Below are positions 9,838 to 20,933 of a DNA stretch of 64,000 bases, in pieces. A model generated the notes under the pieces. The model saw only the letters and a program-made list of their open reading frames with translations. It ran no database searches and had not been told where the DNA came from. Positions within the stretch are counted from its first letter, which is position 1, and each line of letters begins with the position of its first letter. The stretch is from positions 1 through 64,000 of the forward strand of contig JBBQZX010000006.1 in the NCBI GenBank assembly GCA_038207335.1. The letters are read 5' to 3'. The stretch comes from Chthoniobacterales bacterium (GTDB taxonomy: Bacteria > Verrucomicrobiota > Verrucomicrobiia > Chthoniobacterales > Chthoniobacteraceae). The position numbers were made by a program, and so were the translations under genes.

Positions 9838-11286
9838 TTAGAAATTCAGCGTCGCCATGACGTATCCGAAGTCCGCGCCGTCGTGCTGCCCGGTCTCTTG
9901 CAGGTAGTCACCCGCGAAGAAGTGACTGTAGCCTGCCTGGAAGCTCAGTTGCTTCACTGGCGTGTAAGTCACGGTGAAGTCCAGTTCCGCGCCGACGTAG
10001 CTGCTTGCGTTGCGGGCAGCGGCGTTGAGCGGGCGGACGGTCGTCACACCATTCGCACGATACCAACTGTCCTCAGTGGTCGCGAGGAAGAATGCGTGGC
10101 CGTCGAGTTGCGCGGTGACTTTGCTGCACGGCGACACGCGGAGGCTGAGTTCCGGGTTGTGGATATTCTGCCATGAGAAGAGATCCATGTAGCCGTAGAA
10201 CTTGTGGTTCGTCGGGAACAGATTCTGGAACGTCTGGATGTCATTATCAGTCGCGTCTTCGTCGCCGCTGGCGAAGTTGTATTCGGCGAAGATTCGCGGC
10301 TTCCATGGCGTATTGAGGAAGTTGTAGCCAAGTCCCGCGTGAATGGCGAAAGCCGTCAAATCGAGGCCCCGCACCTGGCCGGTTTGAAAGGCAAACTCGC
10401 CCTCGTATTCAAACCCATGCAGCTTCTTGGGATCGGCTTTGATCCGCGTTCCGAGTGTGATGAAGTCCGTTCGTTTTCCCGTCACGCCATTGGACGGGGC
10501 AGGTGAAGTGATCGCTGGCGTCGTTGGAAGAGCGTTCTGCTGGTCGAGCACGAGCGCATACACGTCGGTGCTCTGAAAATCCAACACGCTGGTGCTAAAA
10601 TAGACGCCGCTGAGGACCTGCTCGCGATGGGTCTCGGAGCCGTTGAAGAGGTCGGACTGATTGTAGGAATCGCGATAGATGTTCACCACCGTCGAGGTGA
10701 AGGCATCGATCGAGTACTTCGGCTGTTGGAAGTGAATCTTTACTGCATCGAAAGTGCGGCTGAAGTTGTTCCAATCGAATCCGCCGACGAGCCGCTCATC
10801 GCCGTAGCTCAGGATTTGTCGGCCTGCGGTAACGTTCAACCACTTCGGGCCGATCTGGATGTAGCCCTGCCGGAGGTCGAAGGTGTCATCGCCTTCCGCT
10901 CCAAACGCGCCGGGGATATTGGGTCGGTCGGAGTCGATCTCGCGAGAGTCCTGGCCTTGGGCGTAGATTTTCAGCCAGTCGGTGGGCTTAATCGCGACGC
11001 CGATGCGGAAGCGCTGGAGCAGGTATGCGTCGTCGGTCTGCGAGTGGATGCTGTCGGCGAAGTCGAAGTTGTTGTCGCGTACTTCGAAGCGCAGGCGCTC
11101 CTGCACGTCGAAGCAGATTTTTCCGTCCAGGAAACACAGGGGGTTGCTTTCCGGCGCGGGTGCGATAACGAGTTTGTCGCCGGCTGATTTCGCATCTGTT
11201 CCGCCAAAAGCGGAAATGAAACTGCTGGTTAGGAGCGCTGCCGCAAGCAGCGCTCCGCTTTTTTTGTCGTGGTGTCGTTTGATCAT
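9838..11286 (-). CDS. Outer-membrane beta-barrel of the alginate export (AlgE-like) family
   Basis: Signal peptide after MIKRHHDKK; GRQILSYGDERLVG, FQNLFPTNHKFYGYMD; C-terminal Phe. Confidence 0.8.
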   Translation of the reverse strand: MIKRHHDKKSGALLAAALLTSSFISAFGGTDAKSAGDKLVIAPAPESNPLCFLDGKICFDVQERLRFEVRDNNFDFADSIHSQTDDAYLLQRFRIGVAIKPTDWLKIYAQGQDSREIDSDRPNIPGAFGAEGDDTFDLRQGYIQIGPKWLNVTAGRQILSYGDERLVGGFDWNNFSRTFDAVKIHFQQPKYSIDAFTSTVVNIYRDSYNQSDLFNGSETHREQVLSGVYFSTSVLDFQSTDVYALVLDQQNALPTTPAITSPAPSNGVTGKRTDFITLGTRIKADPKKLHGFEYEGEFAFQTGQVRGLDLTAFAIHAGLGYNFLNTPWKPRIFAEYNFASGDEDATDNDIQTFQNLFPTNHKFYGYMDLFSWQNIHNPELSLRVSPCSKVTAQLDGHAFFLATTEDSWYRANGVTTVRPLNAAARNASSYVGAELDFTVTYTPVKQLSFQAGYSHFFAGDYLQETGQHDGADFGYVMATLNF

Positions 11287-11363
11287 GTTGAGGTGCCTGT
11301 CGTTGGTGTGGAGATGCTCCTCCGTTTTGGTTGGGTTGGGTTTCCGATTCGCGGGCATGCAGA

Positions 11364-12227
11364 TCAGAGGTGCGCTGCGGGGACTTTTTCGCTGGAAGAT
11401 TTGGACGGCTTCGGCGGGGGCGCGGCGGGAGATTCGGCGACCTGCTGACGCTTGTGCGCGTGCACTTCGAGGAACTCGATGAGGTGCTCGCGGAGTCGGT
11501 AGTAGTCAGGGTGCTCCATGACGGCCTTGCGATCGCGGGGGCGCGGAAAGTTTACCTCGAGGATGTCGCCGACCTCGGCGGCCGGGCCGTTGGTCATCAT
11601 TACGATTCGGTCGCTGAGAAAGAGGGCCTCATCGACGTCGTGAGTCACCATGAGCGCGGTCTTTTGGTCGCGACTCCAGAGCTCTATGAGCACTTGTTGC
11701 AGCTCGAAGCGAGTAAGCGAATCGAGCATTCCGAAGGGCTCGTCGAGCAGCAGCATCTTCGGCGAAAGTGCGAATGCTCGCGCGATGCCGACTCGCTGCC
11801 TCATGCCTTGCGAAAGCTCGCCGGGCATCCGCTCGAAGGAATCGGAGAGACCTACGACCGAGAGGTAGTATTCCGCGATTTCGCGCCGTTCAGCCTTGCT
11901 TGCGGTGTAAAAGACCTGGTTCACGCCGAGCATGACATTTTCAAAAGCCGAGAGCCAGGGGAGCAGGCTCGGAGATTGAAAGACGACCCCGCGATCGGGG
12001 CCGGGGCCTGTGACTTCCTTGCCAGCCAGGATCACTCCGCCGGAGGTGATGCTATTGAGCCCGGCCACCATCGAAAGGACGGTGGATTTTCCACAGCCCG
12101 AGTGGCCGATGAGTGTGATGAACTCACCCTTTTTCACCTTCAGGTCGAAGTCCTTGACGATGATCGCAGGGCCGCGCGGGGTGTCGTAGCTCTTTGTGAG
12201 CTGGGATATGTCTAGGAAGTGACTCAT
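11364..12227 (-). CDS. nrtD: Nitrate ABC transporter ATP-binding subunit
   Basis: [40 protein letters not shown]. Confidence 0.85.
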   Translation of the reverse strand: MSHFLDISQLTKSYDTPRGPAIIVKDFDLKVKKGEFITLIGHSGCGKSTVLSMVAGLNSITSGGVILAGKEVTGPGPDRGVVFQSPSLLPWLSAFENVMLGVNQVFYTASKAERREIAEYYLSVVGLSDSFERMPGELSQGMRQRVGIARAFALSPKMLLLDEPFGMLDSLTRFELQQVLIELWSRDQKTALMVTHDVDEALFLSDRIVMMTNGPAAEVGDILEVNFPRPRDRKAVMEHPDYYRLREHLIEFLEVHAHKRQQVAESPAAPPPKPSKSSSEKVPAAHL

Positions 12228-13138
12228 GCGTCCACCTCCACGGATTCTCGCTTCACTTCACCACGCCGGGTCGGTCGCCGTCCGCCGAAGAGCGGGCGCG
12301 GATGCGTCAGGTCTTCGGGCTCGATCGCTGGCAGGCTGAGCTTGCGCGAGACTTGCACGCGCTTCTTGCCGCCGGCTCCCAGCAGGTATCCTATCACGTC
12401 ACGCCGGATGGCTTTGAATCGGTCGTCGTGATTTAGCCCCTTGCGGTCGCGCGGGCGCTCGATATCGACCTTTACCGATGGCCCGAGCGTGGCGTTCGGA
12501 CCGGCGCTCAGCGGGATGATTCGGTCGGCCATGAGGATGCCTTCGTCCACGTCATTTGTGATGAGTACTACCGTGCGCTTGTCCTGCTCCCAGATGCGCA
12601 CGATCTCGTCTTGAAGCGTCGCCCGGGTGAGTGCGTCGAGCGCGCCGAGCGGTTCGTCGAGCAGGAGGATTTGGGGCTCCATCGCTAGCGCGCGGGCCAC
12701 GGAGACGCGCTGCCTCATGCCGCCGGAGAGTTCGCCTGGTTTCTTGTCGCGAGCCGGTGTGAGACTTACCATTGCGATGTATTTCTCTGTGTGCGCGCGG
12801 CGCTTGTCGGCGGACCAGTTTGGAAAGATTCGATCGGTCGCGAGCGCGATGTTTTCATAAACGCTGAGCCAGGGGAGCAGCGCGTAATTTTGAAAGACCA
12901 AGCCACGATCCGGGCCGGGCTCGGTGATCTCCAACCCATTCAGCGTGACGTTGCCCGTGTCGGCGCGGATGAGTCCCGCGATGAGGGAGATGAGTGTCGT
13001 CTTGCCCGCGCCGGAGTACCCGACGATGGCCACGAACTCGCCCTTCTCGATCTCGAGATTGATGTCGTGCAGGACATCCATCCTGCGACCGCTGGGGCCG
13101 AATCCTTTGCTGACGTTGTGCAGATTAAGGAAGGCCAT
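12224..13138 (-). CDS. nrtC: Nitrate ABC transporter ATP-binding subunit
   Basis: [30 protein letters not shown]. Confidence 0.85.
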   Translation of the reverse strand: MAFLNLHNVSKGFGPSGRRMDVLHDINLEIEKGEFVAIVGYSGAGKTTLISLIAGLIRADTGNVTLNGLEITEPGPDRGLVFQNYALLPWLSVYENIALATDRIFPNWSADKRRAHTEKYIAMVSLTPARDKKPGELSGGMRQRVSVARALAMEPQILLLDEPLGALDALTRATLQDEIVRIWEQDKRTVVLITNDVDEGILMADRIIPLSAGPNATLGPSVKVDIERPRDRKGLNHDDRFKAIRRDVIGYLLGAGGKKRVQVSRKLSLPAIEPEDLTHPRPLFGGRRPTRRGEVKRESVEVDA

Positions 13139-14158
13139 TTAGTGAATCGTGGCGGTCTTGTCGTAGCTCACGAGCTTCTGGAAGGTGATCATCACGCGAT
13201 CGAGCAGGAAGCCGATGCCGCCGATGGTGAAGACCGCGACCATGATCTGCGCGAGGGTCTGGCTGCTGCCGTTTTGGAACATGTCCCAGACGAATTTTCC
13301 GAGACCGGGATTCTGCGCGAGCATTTCGGCGGCGATGAGCACCATCCAGCCGACACCCAGCGAGAGGCGCAGGCCGGTGAAAATGAGCGGCATCGCGGAT
13401 GGGATGACGATTTTGAAAATCTGAGTCAGCCAGCCGAGCTTCAGAACTTTGGCGACATTGAGGTAGTCCTTGTCGATCGAAGCGACACCCAGGGCCGTGT
13501 TGATGAGCGTCGGCCAGAGCGAGCAAAGCGCTACGGTGATGGCCGAGCTGAGGAAAGACTTCTCGAAGAACGGCTCGGTCGGATTGTAGAGCGCGCTGAC
13601 CATGATCATCACGATCGGCAGCCACGCCAGCGGCGAGACGGGCTTGAAGATTTGGATGAAAGGATTTACCGCCGCGAAGAAGCCGCGGCTGAGTCCGCAA
13701 ACGATGCCGACTGGAACGGCAATCAGTGAGGCAATGACGAAGCCGGCGAAGACGGTCTTCAGACTCGTGAGGATTTGATCGAGATAGGTCGGCGGGCCGG
13801 AGTATTTGCGGTTCGGGTAGGTACGATCAGGGAATTTCGCGAGATACTTCGCCTTTTTTGCTCCTTCTTCTTTGTAGAACTCCACGGCCTTTGCGCGCTG
13901 CTCCCAGTGGTCTTTCCACATCTCTCCGGCCTGATGCCATACCGCGATGGGACCCGGGATTGAGCCGAAGCTCACCTTCACATTCGCAGCCACGAGCCCC
14001 CAGGCGAGGAGGAAGATCGAGAAGGCCACGACGGGCGCTCCAATGAGGGTCGCGATCTTTTGGAGTTGTTCCTTCGGGTTGTCGCCGGAAGCGATGCGAA
14101 AGAACGGCGAGAACCAGGTGAGGCCCGCGTTGTCGAAGGCGTTGGCGAGTTGTCTCAT
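13139..14158 (-). CDS. nrtB: Nitrate ABC transporter permease
   Basis: [39 protein letters not shown]. Confidence 0.9.
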   Translation of the reverse strand: MRQLANAFDNAGLTWFSPFFRIASGDNPKEQLQKIATLIGAPVVAFSIFLLAWGLVAANVKVSFGSIPGPIAVWHQAGEMWKDHWEQRAKAVEFYKEEGAKKAKYLAKFPDRTYPNRKYSGPPTYLDQILTSLKTVFAGFVIASLIAVPVGIVCGLSRGFFAAVNPFIQIFKPVSPLAWLPIVMIMVSALYNPTEPFFEKSFLSSAITVALCSLWPTLINTALGVASIDKDYLNVAKVLKLGWLTQIFKIVIPSAMPLIFTGLRLSLGVGWMVLIAAEMLAQNPGLGKFVWDMFQNGSSQTLAQIMVAVFTIGGIGFLLDRVMITFQKLVSYDKTATIH

Positions 14159-14161
14159 AGG

Positions 14162-15502
14162 TTAGTCTTTGAGTCCGACTTTCAGGCTCTTGAGGTAGGC
14201 ATTTGGCGTGTGGCCATCGTAGGTCACGCCATCGATGAAGTTCTTGTCCGCGGGCTTGAAGCCATCTGTCTTAGGCACTTCAGCAGCGGTGACTTGCTTC
14301 TCGGCAATCAAGGCGTTCGCGGCTTTGAGGTAGATGTCCGGCCGGTAGATTTCCTTCGCTGTTTTCAGGTACCATTCATCGGTCTTGGTCTCTCCAATCT
14401 GGCCCCAGCGGCGCATCTGAGTGAGGAACCAGACGCAATCGCTGAAGTAAGGATAGCTGGCGTAGTAGCGATAGAAGACGTTGAAGTCCGGCATCTCGCG
14501 CTTGTCTCCCTTCTCGTATTCGAAGGTGCCCGTCATGCTGTTTGCGATGACCGCGTAGTCGGCGCCGACGTATTCGGGTTTGGAGAGTATCTCGCACGCC
14601 TTCTTGCGGTTCGCCGGGGTCGCATCGAGCCATTTGCTGGCGCGGATGAGCGCCTTCACGACTGCGACGTGGGTGTTCGGGTTCTTCTTGTCCCACTCGG
14701 CGGTGACTCCGAAGACTTTCTCCGGGTTGTTCTTCCAGATCTCCAGGTCGGTGACGACCGGCACACCAATGCCTTTGAAGACTGCTTGTTGATTCCACGG
14801 CTCACCGACGCAGTAGCCCTGGATCGTTCCCTGCGCGAGCGTCGAGGGCATCTGCGGCGGTGGAGTGACGGAGAGCAGCACGTCGGCGTCCGTTGTGCCC
14901 GTCGTGTCTCCGCCGGTGTAGTAGCCGGGGCTTATGCCTGCCGCGGCGAGCCAGTAGCGGAGGTAGTAGTTATGAGTCGAGACCGGGAAGACCATTCCGA
15001 ACTTCAGCGGCGTGCCCTTGTCTTTGTAGCTCTGCACGATCGACTTGAGCGGCGTGGCCGAGATGGGATGCGGCGGCTTTGCCTGTGCCAGCGCTGGATC
15101 GGCGGCTTTCATCTGCGCCCAGATGTCATTGGAGACGGTGATGCCGTTGCCGTTGAGATCCATGCTGAAAGCCGTGATGACTTGCGCCTTCGTCCCGACT
15201 CCGATGCTGGCACCGATGGGCTGGCCGGCCAGCATGTGTGCGCCGTCGAGTTCGCCGCTGATGACACGGTCGAGAAGGATCTTCCAGTTCGCCTGCGCCT
15301 CGACTGTTACAAAGAGACCTTCGTCCTCGAAGTAGCCGAGTTCTTTCGCGATGACGAGCGGCGCGCAGTCGGTGAGCTTGATGAAGCCGAACTTGAGCTC
15401 GTCTTTTTCCAGCTTCGGGGCGGCGTGGCTCGTGGTGGTGGTGAAGAGGATTGCGAGAAGTGTCGCGGTAAAGTGACGGCGGGTGAGATGGTATTTTTTC
15501 AT
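14162..15502 (-). CDS. nrtA: Nitrate ABC transporter substrate-binding protein (NrtA/CmpA family)
   Basis: Signal peptide; [37 protein letters not shown]. Confidence 0.9.
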   Translation of the reverse strand: MKKYHLTRRHFTATLLAILFTTTTSHAAPKLEKDELKFGFIKLTDCAPLVIAKELGYFEDEGLFVTVEAQANWKILLDRVISGELDGAHMLAGQPIGASIGVGTKAQVITAFSMDLNGNGITVSNDIWAQMKAADPALAQAKPPHPISATPLKSIVQSYKDKGTPLKFGMVFPVSTHNYYLRYWLAAAGISPGYYTGGDTTGTTDADVLLSVTPPPQMPSTLAQGTIQGYCVGEPWNQQAVFKGIGVPVVTDLEIWKNNPEKVFGVTAEWDKKNPNTHVAVVKALIRASKWLDATPANRKKACEILSKPEYVGADYAVIANSMTGTFEYEKGDKREMPDFNVFYRYYASYPYFSDCVWFLTQMRRWGQIGETKTDEWYLKTAKEIYRPDIYLKAANALIAEKQVTAAEVPKTDGFKPADKNFIDGVTYDGHTPNAYLKSLKVGLKD

Positions 15503-16539
15503 GAAGTCAGAAGAGCGTCCGGGAGGAGTTCAGCGGCTTGCTTGAAGATGTCCGCGCGAAAGCAGTCGCGGGCGCGGGGAAGGGGATCGGCGATAATGCC
15601 GTTGGCGCGGAGTCCTTCGATGAGCCAGTGCGCTTGATTGGCGGATGGTTCGTTGGCTTTGCCGCCGGCGAAGACGTGCATCGCGAGTTGCTCTTCGATG
15701 CGCCCATTTCCGTAGTCGAAGGAGCCGGCCATGCTCATGCGGAGCGTGTTGGCGGATGCGCCGACGTATCTTGAGCGGGCGAGCGTCTCGATGACTTGTT
15801 CGCGGTTTTCCGGAGCTTCGCAAAAGCGGCAGGCTTCGAGCAGTGCTGCGATGAGTGCGAGATGTTCTCCTTCAAAGGACTCTGAAAAGTCGCGGCGCAC
15901 CATGAGGACCTTCTCCATGTGGCCGGGCGCGAGGTCCGCGCTCGTGGCCACGCACCAACCGGTCTTCGCGGCGACGGCCACGGAGTTCCACGGCTCGCCG
16001 ACGCAGTATCCATCGAGGTGCCCGGCTTTCAGGTTGCGGTGCATTTGTGTGGGCGGCACGACCACGATGCGCACGTCGCTGCAGGGCTCGATCTCGTGCG
16101 AACTGAGCCAGGTGCGGAGAAGGATGTTGTGCGACGAAAAGGGGTGGACCACCCCGAAGGTGAACTTCCGCCGCCCCCTGGCGATCTCCCGCCGGAGCGT
16201 GGCCCCATCGCGCACGCCGTCGCGCCACAGCGATTGCGCAAGCGTGATCGCATTCCCGTGGAGGCTCAGCACGAGCCCCGTCAGGCACTCCGCCTGCATC
16301 GACCCGAGCCCGAATGTGGCGGAAGCGAGCAGCCCGGCGGGTGCCTGCGCGGCCTCCAGCTCTCCGTAGATGACCTTGTCGCGGATACTGGCCCAGCCGA
16401 TCTCGCGGTGCAGCTCGACTTCGAGGCCGTGCGCGTGAAAAAGCCCGAGTTCCTCCGCCATGACGAGCGGTGCGGAGTCCGTTAGCGCCACGAAACCTAG
16501 GCGGAGCGGGCTTTTGCGGGTGTGTGTCGTTTTGAGCAT
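15499..16539 (-). CDS. Cytoplasmic NrtA-like nitrate sensor (NasS-like)
   Basis: [37 protein letters not shown]; no signal peptide. Start placed at MLKTTH. Confidence 0.75.
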   Translation of the reverse strand: MLKTTHTRKSPLRLGFVALTDSAPLVMAEELGLFHAHGLEVELHREIGWASIRDKVIYGELEAAQAPAGLLASATFGLGSMQAECLTGLVLSLHGNAITLAQSLWRDGVRDGATLRREIARGRRKFTFGVVHPFSSHNILLRTWLSSHEIEPCSDVRIVVVPPTQMHRNLKAGHLDGYCVGEPWNSVAVAAKTGWCVATSADLAPGHMEKVLMVRRDFSESFEGEHLALIAALLEACRFCEAPENREQVIETLARSRYVGASANTLRMSMAGSFDYGNGRIEEQLAMHVFAGGKANEPSANQAHWLIEGLRANGIIADPLPRARDCFRADIFKQAAELLPDALLTS

Positions 16540-16573
16540 CGAGTGGCTGAATCCTGCGATGCCAAACCCATTT

Positions 16574-16589
16574 AGCTGCCGCGGTGCCA
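16574..16589 (-). promoter_or_regulatory. Putative sigma54 (-24/-12) promoter for the nitrate operon
   Basis: Minus strand TGGCACCGCGGCAGCT has exact GG-N10-GC spacing, 35 bp upstream of the NasS-like start. Confidence 0.55.
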
Positions 16590-16638
16590 CGCCGCCCCGG
16601 ATGCACTTAGAAATAACTTTCGACTTTTCGATTGGAAT

Positions 16639-16659
16639 GATGAATGAAATTCATTCATG
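16639..16659. promoter_or_regulatory. Palindrome overlapping the LysR start, candidate LysR operator
   Basis: ATGAATGAA-A-TTCATTCAT perfect dyad in the divergent intergenic region. Confidence 0.5.
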
Positions 16660-17562
16660 TCCGATCCACTAGACAGCAGACAGCTCCGAGCCTTCTCGAT
16701 CCTCGCGCGCACGGGCAGTTTCACCCAGACCGCGAACGAACTTCACCTGAGCCAGTCGGCGATCAGCCACTCCATGAAGGCACTGGAGAGCGATATTGGC
16801 TGTCGGCTTTTGGACAGGCTGGGCAAAACGGCAGTGCTCACGCAGGCGGGCGAGCAGCTTCTCGTTCATGCGGAGAAGATCCTCGAGGAGATGACGGTCG
16901 CCCGGGCGGAGTTGGGGCATCTTGGCAAGTGGGGCAGCAGCCGCCTCCGCATCGGTGCCAGCACCACGGCCTGCCAATACATTCTCCCAACCGTCCTGCG
17001 CGAGTTCAAGGAGAGCTTCCCCGGCTGCGTCATCTCCATCACCCCCGGCGACACCCCGGCGAACATTGACGTCCTCCGCGCCCACCAGATCGACCTCGCC
17101 GTGAATCTCGAGCCCCGCCGCGAGGAACTGCTCGAGTTCCGCCCGCTCTTCACCGACGAACTGCAATTCGTCCTTTCACCCCTCCACCCCTGGGCGAAAG
17201 CCGGCCGCGTCAGCCGCGACGAAATCGCGCGTCAGCACTACATCCTCTACGGCAAGACCAGCTACACCTTCGACCTCATCGAAGACTACTTCCGCAGAGA
17301 CCAGATAGTCTTGCATAGTCAGCTCGACATGGGGAATATGGAAGCAATCAAGGAACTCGTGAAGCTCGGCCACGGCATCAGCATTCTCGCCCCATGGACT
17401 CTTCATAAAGAGGTGAAGGAAGGCTCCCTCGTCACCCTCCCTCTCGGCAAGCGCAAGCTCAAGCGCCGCTGGGGCGTGCTCCACTGGCGCGGCCGCCGGC
17501 TCAGCCTCGCCGAGGAGACCTTCATCGGCCTTTGCGAAAGTGTCGGCGAGAGCCTCGGTTGA
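16657..17562 (+). CDS. LysR-family transcriptional regulator
   Basis: GSFTQTANELHLSQSAISHSMKALE HTH; LTQAGE; RLRIGASTT; NMEAIKELVKLGHGISIL. Confidence 0.95.
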   Translation: MSDPLDSRQLRAFSILARTGSFTQTANELHLSQSAISHSMKALESDIGCRLLDRLGKTAVLTQAGEQLLVHAEKILEEMTVARAELGHLGKWGSSRLRIGASTTACQYILPTVLREFKESFPGCVISITPGDTPANIDVLRAHQIDLAVNLEPRREELLEFRPLFTDELQFVLSPLHPWAKAGRVSRDEIARQHYILYGKTSYTFDLIEDYFRRDQIVLHSQLDMGNMEAIKELVKLGHGISILAPWTLHKEVKEGSLVTLPLGKRKLKRRWGVLHWRGRRLSLAEETFIGLCESVGESLG

Positions 17563-17619
17563 TCACCCATTCCCGGCCTCGTGAAAATCGCACCTCTCCA
17601 GAGCCACACCTCGGCCGGC

Positions 17620-18225
17620 ATGTTCCTCCCCGTCTTTCTCCTTACCTGTCCCGAGCGCGAAGCCGCCTGTGCCGACACCCTCGCCGCGTGGGCTCGCACC
17701 GACTGGGGCAACACGCCACCCGAGGTTTATTGCAACCCCGACGCCGATCCCCAACCCGCCGTCCGCATCATGCGCGGCATGGCCACCCTCCTCCGGCGCG
17801 GCATCGACACCGGCGCCCCGCACTTCCTCATCATCGAGGACGATTGCGACTTCCACCCCCGCCTCCTCGCCCTTGTCCGTGCGTGGCCACCCCTCCGAAG
17901 CGGCACCCTCCACTTCGGCAGCCTCTACGACCCCGGCGTTCCATTCCTCAGCGTCCACCCCGCCGCGCACATTACCGTCGCGCACCCGCGCGATGCCTTT
18001 GGCTCCCAAGCCCGCATCTACTCCCATCGCTGCGCCGAGCATATTCTCCACCGCCTGCATGCGCCCGGCATCCGCCACGACCTCCAGTGCGCGCACCTCG
18101 CCGACGATCTCGGCCCGCTCTACTACCACCGCCCCAGCCTCGTCCAACACCGCCCCGTCCCCAGCACATGGAACGGCCCCGCGCACAGCGCCGACAGCTT
18201 CGACCCCGAGTGGGAAGGGGAGTGA
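17620..18225 (+). CDS. Small GT-A glycosyltransferase, paralog of 331-1251
   Basis: FLIIEDDCDF, HFGSLY, FGSQARIY, RPSLVQH..STW. Confidence 0.6.
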   Translation: MFLPVFLLTCPEREAACADTLAAWARTDWGNTPPEVYCNPDADPQPAVRIMRGMATLLRRGIDTGAPHFLIIEDDCDFHPRLLALVRAWPPLRSGTLHFGSLYDPGVPFLSVHPAAHITVAHPRDAFGSQARIYSHRCAEHILHRLHAPGIRHDLQCAHLADDLGPLYYHRPSLVQHRPVPSTWNGPAHSADSFDPEWEGE

Positions 18226-19059
18226 AAAATCACACGTCTCTGGCTTCGCGAAGGTGCGGGAGTGAGATTAGCCATTGGCTAAAGAGCAACCTATTGGCCC
18301 TGCCTGAGCCGAGTCGTCGCATCAGATAGAGCGATTCTCCTAACAGATGAAGCGCCATACCCCGTCGGCTAATTTCACTAGCTCCCTCTCGACCGTGCTT
18401 TGAAAGCTGGACGCCCACGGAAGATTTGCCCGTGGTATCCCCTTTCAAAAGGATGCTAGAATGGGTGACCGGAATCGGGCTCTTTGATTCAGAGGCTATT
18501 TGTAATTTAGAATGTGATGTCGTTTTATGCAAAATCGTTAAGTCTTTGATATTGTGTTTCTTGCCATAATTTCCATCTTGTTGCGCGCGCATGCATAAAA
18601 ATCCCGCCCCCTTAACGCAAGCAGCACGAAGCCGCCTTTCACGTAACCACATCGTGCATCTACGTCGGCTAGCGCCCCACACTCAGCCTAGCCAACTCGC
18701 CGTAGGCATTTGCCTTGCGTGAGGAGGCTTCGACCAAATGCTGCGAGACCTATACGCGCATGAGAAGCGCCCACATAGACGGATGAGAGCTCAGACTTCG
18801 CGGCGCGAAGACGATGGTAGCACGCGACAGCGTCGGAGTCGGAATTTACCCGCAGAGCCGGCGCCAGGATGACGGCCCCGTTCGGCATTGCGTGGCGACG
18901 GCATCTTCAATGCGCTGGACGAACTCGAGGATGCCGAAGACATCGACTTTATCGGTCTTGGCGCGGGGTGAGCCGGGCGCGCTGGAAGTCTTTGATGGCG
19001 CGCGGTGCCGACCATGACCTCCACGCGTTCGGCGCGGTGCGCGCGGGGCGCATGAATTC

Positions 19060-19200
19060 GAGACGAAGGGTATGCACTCCGTAGGAAAACGCGAGTTCGT
19101 GACAGACTGCCGGATCCCTGCTCGGTGCGAACCACACGGTCGGTTTACAGCGTGATGAGGCGCGCGGTCGTGTTCATCCGGGTGGGAACGAGCAATGATC
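19060..19200 (-). pseudogene. pyk: Pyruvate kinase C-terminal relic
   Basis: LLVPTRMNTTARLITL / KPTVWFAPSRDPAVCHELAFSYGVH across a frameshift; resembles the PK_C domain. Confidence 0.5.
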
Positions 19201-19276
19201 ATGGCTTTCGTTGCTCATGCCGGGCCGGGATTGGGGAGATTTCAGGGCAAAGTAAGGAGATGACTTTCCGTAGCTG

Positions 19277-20290
19277 TCATGAGGCCCATTTGGGTGCGGT
19301 GGCATCGCTCGATTCGCCGAGGCCCTGCGAGTCTGGGATGCGCGCGAGGGCGAGGTCTTCGGGGAGGACGTAGAGCTTCTCCAGCACTCGATCGAGGAGT
19401 TCGAATTCCTGACGCAACGCGGCGTGCCGCACGGCGGGCAGGGTGTTGGAGAGATTCACGATCATCGCGCGCAGCCGCCGCGCGATCTGCACATTCGACG
19501 CGCCGTAATGACGAATCTCGACGAAGGCGAGGGCGCTGCCGTGGAGCAGGAAAAGGGGTTCGCCTTCGCCGACGAAATCGCCCACCTGCGGTCCCAATTC
19601 GATGACGACGCGCGATCTTTTCGCCTCCTCGATGAGACCCCGCACATCCACCGCGAGGATGATGGCGGATCTGCCGCGGTGCATGATTTTCAGGTCCACC
19701 GGGCCCGCGTTCTGCGGCGTCACCGCGTCACCGATCGTTTTCGTGACTTTGTCGGGATAGAAAGATTCGATCACCCGAAGCCCATCGTCGCCGACGTGCT
19801 TCACGAGGCTCACCGGGCGCAGCAGCCGCGCGGCGTAGTCGATGAGAAAGAGGAATGCGGCGAGGCAGATGAGCCCGAGGAAGCCGATGATGCACAGGGA
19901 AAGCTGCGGGACGGTGCCCTCGATGTGATTGATTGCGCGCACGGAGAAGAGGAGCGTGAAGACAAACAAGGCGACCGTGTAACGGATGACGTTGTCGCGC
20001 AGCAGCAGCGTCGCGATGATGCGCGGCGTGTACTGGCCGCTGGCGACCTGGATGGCCACCAGCAGCGAGCCAAAGGTGAAGACGACGAACGAAAGGCTGA
20101 GTGTGATGACGGTGTTCGAGAGCGCCCTGGCTCCTTCCACTCCGAGCTCGAACCCGGCCCAAGCCGTCCGCGCCTCGATCAACTCGACTATGGCCCTGAA
20201 CGCCCGCTCGGCCACGCCGGCCAGAACCGGAATAATCCAGAGCGACGAGCGCAGGTAGCTCCGGACTTTGTAGCGCTGCGTCCAACTCAT
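19277..20290 (-). pseudogene. DUF2254 membrane protein with a probable internal deletion
   Basis: QVASGQYTPRII, PQVGDFV..GEPLF joined directly to AFVEIRHYGA. The family's QD..F..RQLVDIA.KALSP..NDPTTA block is absent. Confidence 0.65.
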
Positions 20291-20406
20291 CCTCGTAGCT
20301 CGATCGCTGCGCCAATCGGAATGACTTTCATGTGGGTGATTGATGAAAACGAACCACGGAGGAGCGCTTTACCGCCGATCAAATCCTTCTTACCTCGCGC
20401 TGCCTA

Positions 20407-20422
20407 TCGGACCTTGGTCCTA
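20407..20422. promoter_or_regulatory. GGAC-N4-GTCC palindromic operator, copy 1
   Basis: TCGGACCTTGGTCCTA upstream of the DUF2254 gene. Confidence 0.6.
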
Positions 20423-20487
20423 CGCAGCTATGTTTGCGTCGTTTCCGGTAGGAAAGGCTTGCCTTTGCCGAGGGCCGCGAGTCGCGG

Positions 20488-20800
20488 ACGTTACGCGCGA
20501 TCTCAGCGAGGGCTTCTTTCGTGAGGAAGGCCTGGTGTGCGGTGATGAGGACGTTTGGAAAAGTGAGCAGGCGGGCGAGTTCGTCGTCGTGGAGGAGTTG
20601 GCCGGAGAGGTCCTCGAAGAAGACGCATTCCTCGTCCTCCTACACGTCGAGCGCGACGCCGCCGACCCGGCGGATTTCCGCAGACACCGCCACCGTCGCG
20701 CAAGCAGAGTGCATCTTCGTCAATGACCACGCCGATCGCCTCTGCCTCGAAGCGCTCGCGAAACTCGGCGTGAAACACGTCGTGCTGCGCTCTCGCCGCG
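20488..20800. pseudogene. ldhA: D-lactate dehydrogenase relic in two oppositely oriented pieces
   Basis: Minus 20670-20488: [55 protein letters not shown]. Plus 20675-20800: AECIFVNDHADRLCLEALAKLGVKHVVLR. Confidence 0.8.
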
Positions 20801-20807
20801 GCACCAA

Positions 20808-20823
20808 TAGGACCTTGGTCCGA
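20808..20823. promoter_or_regulatory. GGAC-N4-GTCC palindromic operator, copy 2
   Basis: TAGGACCTTGGTCCGA followed by TAGCTCGCGC. Confidence 0.6.
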
Positions 20824-20933
20824 TAGCTCGCGCCGCCCCCGCTGCTTCATTTTGTCCGCCGAAAGCCCCACCAAGCCATGAGCACGACACACGCTTTCGA
20901 CCTCACCACCCACGGCCTCATCCGCTCTCCGTC

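Noticed and set aside
18230..18682. 150-aa minus-strand ORF in the low-GC segment
   Set aside because: No recognisable motif, RBS or coding-like composition.
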